DNA of 64,000 nucleotides, taken from IMG/VR virus record IMGVR_UViG_3300032053_011398; one strand, given 5' to 3'. This DNA is from a virus. The position numbers were made by a program, and so were the translations under genes. The notes beneath the pieces are model-generated. The model worked only from the letters and a program-made list of their open reading frames with translations, did no database searches and had not been told where the DNA came from. Positions 17,071 through 25,257 of this stretch are shown piece by piece; position 1 is the stretch's first letter; the number at the start of each line of letters is the position of its first letter.

Positions 17071-18063
17071 CTAGCCCATCAGTTCTTCGGCGTAAGCGCA
17101 CAAAACCTTGACTTCAAAACTTCCGTAAAGGTTACTGGGCACCCTACAGGGCCGATAAGGCAGCTTAAGAAGCTGGGCGGCTACGCGGGCTGGATCGGCG
17201 CTGGTTTTGTAGATTACACTCAAGGGATCGCCCGGTTTATAGTCCAGAGGTATAGGCGTGTAGTCGATGGGTATGTCGATGACGACACCACCGATTTCTT
17301 GGGCGTGCTCCACGCAGCTTGGACTGCCCGACGCGACAGCAACCAGGCAACCCGCCGCCGCCGCTTCGGACATGAGCCGTGAGTGCCCCTCCACGGCGGA
17401 TGGATAGAAGAACACCTTCGATTGACCCAGCAAGGACCAAAGTTCAGCTTTAGACTTGCCTGAAATGTTCTGTGGGGCGATGCCGCCTTGCCGCCTGGCC
17501 TCCTCCAACACCAATCCCGCAAACCAATCACCCTTGGCTGGCGAACAGGATGCCGTAGCCACGTCGTAAATCCTCTCGCCGTGATAGTGCTGGATCGCTT
17601 CCACGTTCACGCCCGAAGGCAGCCATTCGACTCGGCGACAGTAGGGCGCGAAGTAGCGCACGTCACTAGCGGCGGCGGTCAGCAACAAATCTATCTGGCT
17701 CAAACAGTTGATACGATCCGCTGTCCACAGTTCCGGCCCAAACCCTCGAACTCTCCACGCTATCTGCCTGGCTTTCCACCCGCCCGACTTTAAACACTTC
17801 AAGCCAATGTCAGGCCAACTGCTAAACAAAATCAAATCCGCAGTAACCGATGGATACTCTCCCTTTACGCAAATGAACTCAACGCCATCTTGCACGGTAT
17901 TTCGAGAGAGGTCATAAGTGCCGAGCACTGCAATTACCCGGTGACCTCGCCGAGCCATTTCTTTAGCGAACGTGATCGGTGTAAACGCATATTCGTCAAA
18001 AGCGTTCACGGCTAACCAAGTTTCTAATAGGTTGGGATAGCGACATTCCACTACGATTGTCAT
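17071..18063 (-). CDS. GT-B (GT4-like) glycosyltransferase
   Basis: LPSGVN, FFYPSAVEGHSRLMSEAAAAGC. Confidence 0.78.
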   Translation of the reverse strand: MTIVVECRYPNLLETWLAVNAFDEYAFTPITFAKEMARRGHRVIAVLGTYDLSRNTVQDGVEFICVKGEYPSVTADLILFSSWPDIGLKCLKSGGWKARQIAWRVRGFGPELWTADRINCLSQIDLLLTAAASDVRYFAPYCRRVEWLPSGVNVEAIQHYHGERIYDVATASCSPAKGDWFAGLVLEEARRQGGIAPQNISGKSKAELWSLLGQSKVFFYPSAVEGHSRLMSEAAAAGCLVAVASGSPSCVEHAQEIGGVVIDIPIDYTPIPLDYKPGDPLSVIYKTSADPARVAAQLLKLPYRPCRVPSNLYGSFEVKVLCAYAEELMG

Positions 18064-18157
18064 CTCCCCGTAGAACGTGAAGACGTTAGCTAAATTGTGT
18101 AAACTTTTTCATTCCGTTCTAAAACGTCGTGGTTAACGCGGGCGCGATAGTTACAGC

Positions 18158-18517
18158 GTGAAAGTTGCAGGTCAAGAGATCGAAGTTCAAACCGAGCGGT
18201 ATCACGGCGGCTGGATGAGCGTGGCCTGCCTGCCGGACGGCAAGCAGATTGCCTCGGCCCCGTGGAACACCCGCGAGGCCGCTGAGCACGACGTGTATCA
18301 GCAAGCTTTGATGCGCCTGGCCCCCATGCCCGCCTTCGATCCGGGCAAGACCTACGAAGCAGCCCTGATCCAGCGCCGGGCGGACGCCCTGCTGGAGCAC
18401 TGCGGCTACTGCGCCCGCCGCCCACCGCGCCGCCGCAAGCGTCTGCCCCCGCCCAAAGCTTCGTTCTACCCCGGCAGTGGCGGATCAGCCGGAATCGGAG
18501 GGCTTTCAAATGCCTGA
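18158..18517 (+). CDS. Hypothetical protein; C-terminus reads through repeat copy 1
   Basis: GTG start 4 nt after ATAGTTA. Confidence 0.5.
   Translation: MKVAGQEIEVQTERYHGGWMSVACLPDGKQIASAPWNTREAAEHDVYQQALMRLAPMPAFDPGKTYEAALIQRRADALLEHCGYCARRPPRRRKRLPPPKASFYPGSGGSAGIGGLSNA
18450..18515. repeat. 66-bp direct repeat, copy 1 (structured)
   Basis: 63/66 identical to 19553-19618. Confidence 0.9.
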
Positions 18518-18525
18518 AAAATGAG

Positions 18526-18597
18526 TGGAGCCGAAAGCCGGTGCTGCCCCGGCCTGGTCAAGTTTACAAAACTCGTCCCTTCGCTGGAAGCTTCGGC
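18526..18597 (-). tRNA. tRNA-Thr(TGT), reduced D-arm
   Basis: Loop ttTGTaa, GCC acceptor start, CCA. Confidence 0.7.
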
Positions 18598-18602
18598 AAA
18601 AT

Positions 18603-18678
18603 TGGTGGGTTCGATGGGCGACGATCCCACAACATCCTGATTAAGAGTCAGGTGCTCTACCAATTGAGCTACGAACCC
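18603..18678 (-). tRNA. tRNA-Lys(CTT)
   Basis: Loop ctCTTaa, CCA. Confidence 0.9.
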
Positions 18679-18682
18679 AAAA

Positions 18683-18757
18683 TGGTCGCTGTGCCCGGAC
18701 TCGCACCGGGAACCGTCACCTTATGAGGATGCCGCGCTGCTATTGCGCCACACAGCG
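18683..18757 (-). tRNA. tRNA-Met(CAT), probably elongator
   Basis: Loop ctCATaa, CCA. Confidence 0.78.
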
Positions 18758-18762
18758 GAAAA

Positions 18763-18840
18763 TGGAGCCTCCACCCGGACGTGCGCCGAGCTATCGCCCA
18801 TACCAAGGGCGTGCATCGCTGCTGCCTATGCTTTGGAGGC
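18763..18840 (-). tRNA. tRNA-Thr(GGT)
   Basis: Loop ttGGTat, CCA. Confidence 0.78.
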
Positions 18841-18841
18841 G

Positions 18842-18915
18842 TGGAGCGAGTGACCGGAATCGCACCGGTATCTGATGCTTGGAAGACACCAGCTCTACTA
18901 TTGAGCTACACTCGC
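18842..18915 (-). tRNA. tRNA-Gly(TCC)
   Basis: GCG acceptor start, loop ctTCCaa, U73-CCA. Confidence 0.85.
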
Positions 18916-18923
18916 GCTGAAAA

Positions 18924-19271
18924 TTAAGTCCACGAAGTCTGCATTTCGGCAGCCTTCGGCGGGATGGCTGCCTTGATCTGTTCGCGGGCCTTCTCGCGCT
19001 CCTTGCGCCAGGCTTCCCATTCCTCGAAAGAGGGCACTGAATCGAGGATTTCGTCGCCAGGGCGCAGAAACGTGTGCGACCATTCGCCCCTGGCATTCGG
19101 GTATCCAATCGAATGAAGAATGCCTTTGCCATAATCACGTGCGTCGTAGTAGCCGTTCCACTCGGCCTGGACGACCCCTTGCGGCGTGCGGACACGGACG
19201 ACCCGGCGGGCCATGTCGGGCAGATCGTCTTCCAAAAGCATCTTCACGATGAGCTGTGCCATTCTACTCAT
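18924..19271 (-). CDS. Hypothetical protein with N-terminal LLEDD motif
   Basis: Start MSRMAQ 7 nt after GTAGTTA. Confidence 0.6.
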   Translation of the reverse strand: MSRMAQLIVKMLLEDDLPDMARRVVRVRTPQGVVQAEWNGYYDARDYGKGILHSIGYPNARGEWSHTFLRPGDEILDSVPSFEEWEAWRKEREKAREQIKAAIPPKAAEMQTSWT

Positions 19272-19292
19272 ATCGGCATAACTACGAGAAAC

Positions 19293-19367
19293 TGGAGTCC
19301 GGCCAGGGGATCGCACCCTGCACCACCGCTTTGCAGGCGGGGCCGTTCGCTAGCTCGGTCGCCGGAC
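19293..19367 (-). tRNA. tRNA-Cys(GCA)
   Basis: Loop ctGCAaa, U73-CCA. Confidence 0.82.
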
Positions 19368-19376
19368 GCGAGAAAT

Positions 19377-19453
19377 TGGGGCCAGTAGGCGGACTCGCAC
19401 CGCCGAATACCGGTTTACGAAACCGGCCCTGTAGCTGCTGGAGGCATACTGGC
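19377..19453 (-). tRNA. tRNA-Thr(CGT)
   Basis: Loop ttCGTaa, CCA. Confidence 0.8.
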
Positions 19454-19458
19454 AAAAG

Positions 19459-19532
19459 TGGTAGGGGATAACGGTGCCGCCCCGCTGCCTCGTCGGTGTA
19501 AACGACGCACGCTGCTGTTACGCCAATCCCCC
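19459..19532 (-). tRNA. tRNA-Val(TAC)
   Basis: Loop ttTACac, CCA. Confidence 0.8.
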
Positions 19533-19552
19533 ACTCCGAAAACAGTTGTTCT

Positions 19553-19618
19553 CGCCCAAGGCTTCGTTCTACCCCGGCAGCGGTGGATCAGCCGGAATCG
19601 GAGGGCTTTCAAATGCCT
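19553..19618. repeat. 66-bp direct repeat, copy 2
   Basis: 63/66 identical to 18450-18515. Confidence 0.9.
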
Positions 19619-19690
19619 AAGTTCATCCTTCCAAAAATGTAAACTTTTTAATTCCGTTCTATAACATTGTGGTCAGTGCGGGTTGAAATT

Positions 19691-20452
19691 ATGAGTGAAC
19701 CGTTCAAGGCGCAAGTCGAAAAGTTCTTCCTGGAACATGTGCTCCACGAACCCCCACACTGCTATAATCCGTTCGTGACCATGCACTGCCAGCGTTACGT
19801 CCACTCCGTGCTGTTCGCTGAGTTGGAACTGAAAGCGGCCAAGGTGGTCCTGGAAGTGGGCGGCGGATGGGGGGCGTTTACGGAGGGCTTGCGGGCCTTG
19901 TTTCCCAGCCTGGTGATCGAAGGCTCCTCCGCTGATCTCCGCACGGTCTTCACCAACAAGGTGGACTACTATGACTTCATCCTGAACATGGAAGTCATCG
20001 AGCACATAAAAGACCTTGAAATTCCGGGAGATTGGCGTCAGCGGGATGCCTACATCGGTGACGGCCTGAAAAATTTTGTAAACACTTGCTACCAATGCCT
20101 GAAACCGGACGGCAAGATGTTCCTGACCACGCCAAATCTCAGCTCCGTTAAAAGTCTCTGGCGGGTAATGAATTACAGCGACCCGTTCTCCTATGAGATG
20201 CACTTCCGCGAGTTTTCGATGAACGACCTGTTGAGAATACTGGTCGAAGCCGGGTTCCAGATCGAACGCTATACGACCATGCAGTGCTACGAGCAAAACC
20301 AGGTTCCGCCCGAAGCCAAGGCCCGCATTCTAAGCTTTTTGCGGGAGATGAAACTGTCCACAAACAACCGCGAAGAAGTCCAGTTCGTCATGGCCGTCAA
20401 GTCCGCAGTTAAGATGGCTGCGGTTTCCCAAGGTCCAGTGAACTCCCCGTAA
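19691..20452 (+). CDS. Class I SAM methyltransferase (likely start MSEPF)
   Basis: VLEVGGGWG, EVIEHI, LKPDGKMFLTTPN, HFREFS. Confidence 0.85.
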   Translation: MSEPFKAQVEKFFLEHVLHEPPHCYNPFVTMHCQRYVHSVLFAELELKAAKVVLEVGGGWGAFTEGLRALFPSLVIEGSSADLRTVFTNKVDYYDFILNMEVIEHIKDLEIPGDWRQRDAYIGDGLKNFVNTCYQCLKPDGKMFLTTPNLSSVKSLWRVMNYSDPFSYEMHFREFSMNDLLRILVEAGFQIERYTTMQCYEQNQVPPEAKARILSFLREMKLSTNNREEVQFVMAVKSAVKMAAVSQGPVNSP

Positions 20453-20468
20453 ATTAGTTCTGGCCACT

Positions 20469-21206
20469 ATGCTGACCATCGGAATTTTGAACTGTCACCG
20501 CCAAGCCAATGTCGTTAAGCTGGTCAAGCGTTACTCTGCCATGCCCCTCGTTTCGCGGATCACCGTCTGGAGCAGTCCGCCCGGCGACTTCCGCATCACC
20601 GACAATCCAAAGGTTTTGACGGCTACCTGTGCGCCGGATTGGGGCATGTATGCCCGCTTTCAGTCGGTGCTCAACGCGCCCACGGAGTGGATCATGACGG
20701 TCGATGACGATCTATTCGTCCCGGAGGAGTCGATCAAAACGATGCTCGACGCCCGGATGAAGGACAAGGACAAAATGGTCAGCGGCATGTTCGGCAGACG
20801 GCCTTCCAGAACTCAAGAGTTTGCCGTGTTCCATGATATTGAAGACACGGTGTGCGAAATCGTCGTAGGCCGCGTTATGGTGTTTCACGTCAGCCTGATT
20901 AGCCGCTTCTTCGACGTGGTGCGGAATCCGAAGTGGGAAGAACTCTACGCCCAGGGGCGTCAAGCGGGCTGGAGCAAGACCACCAACATCGAAGACATCA
21001 TCATGAGCTATGTGGCAATGCAGACCGCTCCCGGCAGGCTCAACCAGATTCACAAATTGGGTTGCCAGGAACTAGATGCCCCATTCCCGGTTTGGACGAT
21101 GCGGAATTTCTTTAAGTATCGCCAGGCGGGCATGACCTTCACCCAGCAGTTCTTCAACAACTGGTCGCATAGCGAACACCCCACCGGATACGGGTTAAGG
21201 CGCTGA
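20469..21206 (+). CDS. GT-A glycosyltransferase (GT64/GT2-like)
   Basis: ARF, IMTVDDD, EDIIMS. Confidence 0.7.
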   Translation: MLTIGILNCHRQANVVKLVKRYSAMPLVSRITVWSSPPGDFRITDNPKVLTATCAPDWGMYARFQSVLNAPTEWIMTVDDDLFVPEESIKTMLDARMKDKDKMVSGMFGRRPSRTQEFAVFHDIEDTVCEIVVGRVMVFHVSLISRFFDVVRNPKWEELYAQGRQAGWSKTTNIEDIIMSYVAMQTAPGRLNQIHKLGCQELDAPFPVWTMRNFFKYRQAGMTFTQQFFNNWSHSEHPTGYGLRR

Positions 21207-21208
21207 AA

Positions 21209-21288
21209 TGGCGCTCCCACCAGGATTCGCACCTGGAGCCTTCTCCTTCGCAGGGAGATGTGCAGATTACTAATTACACCTTGGGAGC
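21209..21288 (-). tRNA. tRNA-Arg(GCG)
   Basis: Loop ctGCGaa, CCA. Confidence 0.8.
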
Positions 21289-21295
21289 TTCAAAA

Positions 21296-21372
21296 TGGTG
21301 CTCACGGCAAGAATTGCACTTGCAACCTGCGGTTTCGGAGACCGCCGCTCTATCTACTTGAGCTACGCGAGC
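21296..21372 (-). tRNA. tRNA-Arg(CCG)
   Basis: Loop ctCCGaa, CCA. Confidence 0.85.
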
Positions 21373-21376
21373 AAAA

Positions 21377-21453
21377 TGGCAGCCCAGACGGGTTCCGCCC
21401 CCGTGATCTCCTGTGTGAAAAACAGGCGTGTTGACTAGCTACACTACTGGGCC
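21377..21453 (-). tRNA. tRNA-Glu(TTC)
   Basis: Loop ttTTCac, CCA. Confidence 0.82.
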
Positions 21454-21458
21454 AAAAT

Positions 21459-21537
21459 TGGTGTTCGTGGACGGACTCGCACCGTCTAATTATCCAGTAT
21501 GAGAGACTGGCCGCTCGGCTACTTCGCGCTCACGAAC
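21459..21537 (-). tRNA. tRNA-Glu(CTC), overlapped by the 3' end of the HNH ORF
   Basis: Loop ctCTCat, CCA. Confidence 0.75.
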
Positions 21538-22023
21538 TTTGTTTCTTCCTGAAAAAGTTGGTTGCTGGCTGTTACAATTCGGACACAGCAGCCTTAAATT
21601 TTCTGCGCGGTGATCGTCCCTAACGCCATTTTTATGATCCAGAATCAAAACTAACGGTTTACTGTTCCACGTGGGCTTTAAGCCACAAATAGCGCACTCG
21701 TTCCCAAGTATGCCTTGCTCTATAAGCCTGTGCTTCAAATGACCACGGCAATAAGTAGAGTGCTCGACCATAATCTCCTCTAAAAGCAACAGAGTTTTGG
21801 GCGATCCAAACCTTCTGCCTGTGTTTGAGCCGCGCCCTATGGGTATGTGTGAAATATCAATTCCGTCTTGTTGACAGCGTTGACGAAGTGTTTTGTAAAA
21901 GGAAGAACACCCGGCATATTTAAGACTTCGTGCAATCGCCAAAACCGATCCAGATTTTTTCACTACGGCCAAAAGTTCTTCTTTAGGCATTTTCCATATT
22001 CTGCCCGTTTTTATCGTATTCAT
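21490..22023 (-). CDS. HNH homing endonuclease inside the tRNA array
   Basis: ECAICG...WNSKPLVLILDHKNG..DHRAENLRLLCPNCNSQ. Confidence 0.88.
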   Translation of the reverse strand: MNTIKTGRIWKMPKEELLAVVKKSGSVLAIARSLKYAGCSSFYKTLRQRCQQDGIDISHIPIGRGSNTGRRFGSPKTLLLLEEIMVEHSTYCRGHLKHRLIEQGILGNECAICGLKPTWNSKPLVLILDHKNGVRDDHRAENLRLLCPNCNSQQPTFSGRNKVREREVAERPVSHTG

Positions 22024-22039
22024 AATACTCAAGAACCCG

Positions 22040-22073
22040 AATCAAACGTGTTGACTGGCTACACCACAGGGAC
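22040..22073 (-). pseudogene. Orphan tRNA 5' half (Glu-like) directly upstream of the HNH gene
   Basis: GTCCCTG-TG-GTGTAGCCAGTCAACAC-G is near-identical to the D-arm of tRNA-Glu(TTC); no T-arm or CCA. Confidence 0.7.
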
Positions 22074-22084
22074 GGAACGGGAAT

Positions 22085-22161
22085 TGGTGCCAAAGACCGG
22101 GATTGCACCGGTGACCTCCTGTTTTTCAGACAGGCGCTACTACTAACTGAGCTACTTTGGC
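22085..22161 (-). tRNA. tRNA-Phe(GAA)
   Basis: Loop ctGAAaa, CCA. Confidence 0.88.
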
Positions 22162-22167
22162 AAAGGA

Positions 22168-22244
22168 TGGTAGCCACGACAGGCTTTGCTCCTGTGGCCT
22201 TCACCTTATCAAGACGCTGCTCTGCTGAACTGAGCTACGTGGCT
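22168..22244 (-). tRNA. tRNA-Ile(GAT)
   Basis: Loop ttGATaa, CCA. Confidence 0.82.
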
Positions 22245-22248
22245 AAAA

Positions 22249-22335
22249 TGGCGGCTCCGCGAGGACTCGCACCCCGACCGGTTTTACCCGCACTCTGTTT
22301 TCGAGACAGGGGCATTACTATTCTGCCACGGAGCC
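22249..22335 (-). tRNA. tRNA-Ser(CGA)
   Basis: Loop ctCGAaa, long variable arm, G73. Confidence 0.82.
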
Positions 22336-22351
22336 AAAAATGTTTACAAAT

Positions 22352-22426
22352 TGGTGCTGCTGATAGGATTCACACCTATGTTTTCCCGCTTAGGAGGCAG
22401 GTGCCTGATTTCTCGGCCACAGCAGC
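22352..22426 (-). tRNA. tRNA-Arg(CCT)
   Basis: Loop ctCCTaa, CCA. Confidence 0.8.
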
Positions 22427-22430
22427 AAAT

Positions 22431-22506
22431 TGGCACCCCCGCCAGGACTCCCACCTGGATCAGACCGCTTAGAAAACGGTCGCTCTTGTGATTGAGCTAC
22501 AGGGGC
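22431..22506 (-). tRNA. tRNA-Arg(TCT)
   Basis: Loop ttTCTaa, CCA. Confidence 0.82.
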
Positions 22507-22513
22507 TTACAAA

Positions 22514-22589
22514 TGGCTGCCAGGGTCCGGCTCGCACGGACATCCCTTCGATTAACAGTCGAATGCTCGACTAATTGAGCTACCTGGCA
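22514..22589 (-). tRNA. tRNA-Asn(GTT)
   Basis: Loop ctGTTaa, G73-CCA. Confidence 0.85.
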
Positions 22590-22592
22590 AAA

Positions 22593-22668
22593 TGGTCAGC
22601 GCGAAGGGCTTTGCTCCCTCGGCCTCCCGGCCCCGAACCGGGCGCTCTGCTGGCTGAGCTACGCGCTG
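22593..22668 (-). tRNA. tRNA-Pro(CGG)
   Basis: Loop ttCGGgg, C1-G72, A73. Confidence 0.85.
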
Positions 22669-22689
22669 ATTCCGCACTGGCCACAGAAC

Positions 22690-22765
22690 TGGTCGGGCTG
22701 GCGAGAATTGCACTCGCGGCTTCCGCACCCCCAGTGCGGCGCTCTGCTGGCTGAGCCACAGCCCG
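22690..22765 (-). tRNA. tRNA-Pro(GGG)
   Basis: Loop ctGGGgg, CCA. Confidence 0.85.
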
Positions 22766-22769
22766 AAAA

Positions 22770-22845
22770 TGGTCAGGGCGGGGAGTTTCGCAATCCCGGC
22801 CTCCTGCTCCCAAGGCAGGCGCTCTAACTTCTGAGCTACGCCCTG
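22770..22845 (-). tRNA. tRNA-Pro(TGG)
   Basis: Loop ctTGGga, CCA. Confidence 0.85.
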
Positions 22846-22866
22846 AAGTGGTAGTTATGGCGAAAT

Positions 22867-25257
22867 ATGGAAATCACTTACGTTCCAGACCCGTCCAAAG
22901 CGGATGGGAAAGCAGTTGTCGGAGAGATTGTTACCCTCGGCACGACGGTCGTGCAGTTTTCAGGAGTGCAGCCCGTCTTCGTGACGGGCGGAACGATCCA
23001 AGCGGACATCAGCTTCACAGGAAGCTACGATGTTGACATCGGTGATGTCAAGCTTGAGGATGCGAACGGCAACTATGCGGTGATGCCTCCAGCATCCGAT
23101 GCCAAGACGGGCGCTACCAATGCCCTTGTGGTTCAAGCCGTCGATGATACTGGAACCCCTTTGCGCCAAGCCACTCAAGACGCCATCCTGAACAACCAGG
23201 GCACCCAGGCTACGGCTGCTAACCAGGCGGCGGGCAACAGCTTGCTGACGGTCATCATGAACAACCAGGGGACGCAAGCCACGGCTGAAGCAGCCGAAAT
23301 CGCTGCGTTTTCGGTGATGATGAACAACCAGGGCACATTGGCAACCTCGGCGCTCCAAACCGCAGGCAATGCGCTCCTGGAGGTCGTGATGAATAACCAG
23401 GGGACGCAAGCCACATCTGCCAATCAAAGCGCATCCAACAGTTTCCTGGCGGTTGTGATGAACAACCAGGGCACTCAGGCAACTTCAGCCCTACAAACCG
23501 CAGAAAATTCAATCTTGAGCCTGGCCGTCAACAACCAGGGCACGCAGGCCACGTCAGCCCTACAGACCGACGCCAACTCGCTGCTCACTCTGGCTACGAA
23601 CAATCAAGGGACGCAGGCGACCAGCGCCCGACAGGACACGCAGAGCAGCATCCTGAGCCTGATTCTGAACGCCCAGGGCACGCAAGGCGCAGGGGCGGGA
23701 GCAACCCAGGAAACCACTTTAGTCAGAGTGGCCAACGACCAGGGCACGCAGGCCACGTCAGCCCTACAGACCATTGGCAACACCGCACTGACTGGCATTT
23801 ACAACGCCCAGGGCACGATCCAAAGGACGGCGATTTACGGCACCAACGGAATGCCCGTTCATACGGCGGCGACGACCAATGGCGAGTATCACCTGGCCGT
23901 GGCGATGATCCAGGCAGTGTATGCCAGCACCAAGAACAACTATAGCGGCAACTTGACCGTGGGAGGAGTTTTCTACGGCACAACAGAAACCACGCTGGGG
24001 GTTGCCGCTATCCAAACGATGCTCAAGACGGATCAGAACTGCATTGTCAATGTCGATCAAAGCGGCAATGGGGGCTTCAACTGGGATACTTCGGACGCCT
24101 ACAACTATTATCACGCCTTTGGCGGAGCAAGCTGGACGACACAAGCCGTTGGCGACACCTACCGTATCAGAATTCAAAACACGGGAACGGCCACGACTAA
24201 TTATTTCCGCTCTACCGTAGCCCTGTGCCCGGTCGTCGAAGCTCTGCCAAGGGCATTGTCTGCAAATGGCAATCTTAAAGTTGATGTTAAAGAACTTGAG
24301 AGCAGCTTCGGCGTTTATGGCCAACCGGGGCGAATCACGCCTTTTGGCAATCTGCTGACGACGGGTAGTGTCCGGCTTGCGGGGGCCGCTTTTACCGACA
24401 CTCTGGACGTAAATTTTTGGGGCAGCACCGCGACAAGCACGGGAACTATTATCTTAGATGGGCGAGCCTCAATGCAGACCGGCACCGGAGCTGATGGCAC
24501 GGTGCAAGTCCTAAGCGTTCGCACCGCCCGCTATAGCGCAGCCAGCACGAATTATTTCCACGCGAGCGTTCTCATCTCCGCTATTACGGGCACAAATTTA
24601 CGGCGGTGGGGGGCTTATACCGCCAACGATGGCTGCTTTTTCGAGCACGATGGAACAAGACTTGCTCTGGTCTGCCGCAAAGGCGGAATAGATAACCGCG
24701 TCCCCAGCGGAAGCTTCAATGGCAATCTGGGCACGGTTGTTATCCCGACCAATATCCTCTATGTTTTTGAGATTCATTGGACTCAAAGTTGTGCCTGGTT
24801 CTTAATCAACGGCCAGATCGTTCACACATTTTTCGGGGATACATCGCCGCTGATGAACACCATCCACCTGCCGATCTGCGCCCAAAATAATAATTCAGGC
24901 GGCAACACAGCCAACAACCTCCTGGACATTCGCGTCATGCAGATCAGCCGGTATGGCCCACTGGAAAATGAGAAAATTTACAAGCTCATCGGTGCGAGCG
25001 GCCCTGCCGTCTTGAAGTATTCGCCGGGCCGGTTGCACCGCATCAACGTCCTGAATCCAAACTCAGGGGCCTCGACCATTGCACTTTACGACAACACTTT
25101 TCCAAGCAGCATCACAAGTATGGGCACCCTCGTCATGCCTGCGGTTGCTTCCCAGGCCAATCCGCTGCCCTACACTTTGGAGTATGCCTGCCCGTTTTTT
25201 ATTGGACTATGCGTCGTGCCATCCACGACCTCGCAGCTCCTCGTCATCTATGAGTAG
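22867..25257 (+). CDS. Putative virion fibre/decoration protein with ~10 NNQGTQAT repeats and a beta-rich C-terminus
   Basis: Thr/Gly/Asn-rich; 21-23-aa repeats at ~23191-23820; GTAGTTA 9 nt upstream. Confidence 0.65.
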   Translation: MEITYVPDPSKADGKAVVGEIVTLGTTVVQFSGVQPVFVTGGTIQADISFTGSYDVDIGDVKLEDANGNYAVMPPASDAKTGATNALVVQAVDDTGTPLRQATQDAILNNQGTQATAANQAAGNSLLTVIMNNQGTQATAEAAEIAAFSVMMNNQGTLATSALQTAGNALLEVVMNNQGTQATSANQSASNSFLAVVMNNQGTQATSALQTAENSILSLAVNNQGTQATSALQTDANSLLTLATNNQGTQATSARQDTQSSILSLILNAQGTQGAGAGATQETTLVRVANDQGTQATSALQTIGNTALTGIYNAQGTIQRTAIYGTNGMPVHTAATTNGEYHLAVAMIQAVYASTKNNYSGNLTVGGVFYGTTETTLGVAAIQTMLKTDQNCIVNVDQSGNGGFNWDTSDAYNYYHAFGGASWTTQAVGDTYRIRIQNTGTATTNYFRSTVALCPVVEALPRALSANGNLKVDVKELESSFGVYGQPGRITPFGNLLTTGSVRLAGAAFTDTLDVNFWGSTATSTGTIILDGRASMQTGTGADGTVQVLSVRTARYSAASTNYFHASVLISAITGTNLRRWGAYTANDGCFFEHDGTRLALVCRKGGIDNRVPSGSFNGNLGTVVIPTNILYVFEIHWTQSCAWFLINGQIVHTFFGDTSPLMNTIHLPICAQNNNSGGNTANNLLDIRVMQISRYGPLENEKIYKLIGASGPAVLKYSPGRLHRINVLNPNSGASTIALYDNTFPSSITSMGTLVMPAVASQANPLPYTLEYACPFFIGLCVVPSTTSQLLVIYE

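Noticed and set aside
18450-18515. HDV-like (theta) or hammerhead ribozyme
   Set aside because: Some landmarks are present (TCC loop, GG, CGAA) but P1/P2 could not be paired in canonical register by eye, and there is no CUGANGA core
21663-21678. Second parS (TGTTCCACGTGGgctt)
   Set aside because: Only 12/16 match and it lies inside the HNH coding sequence
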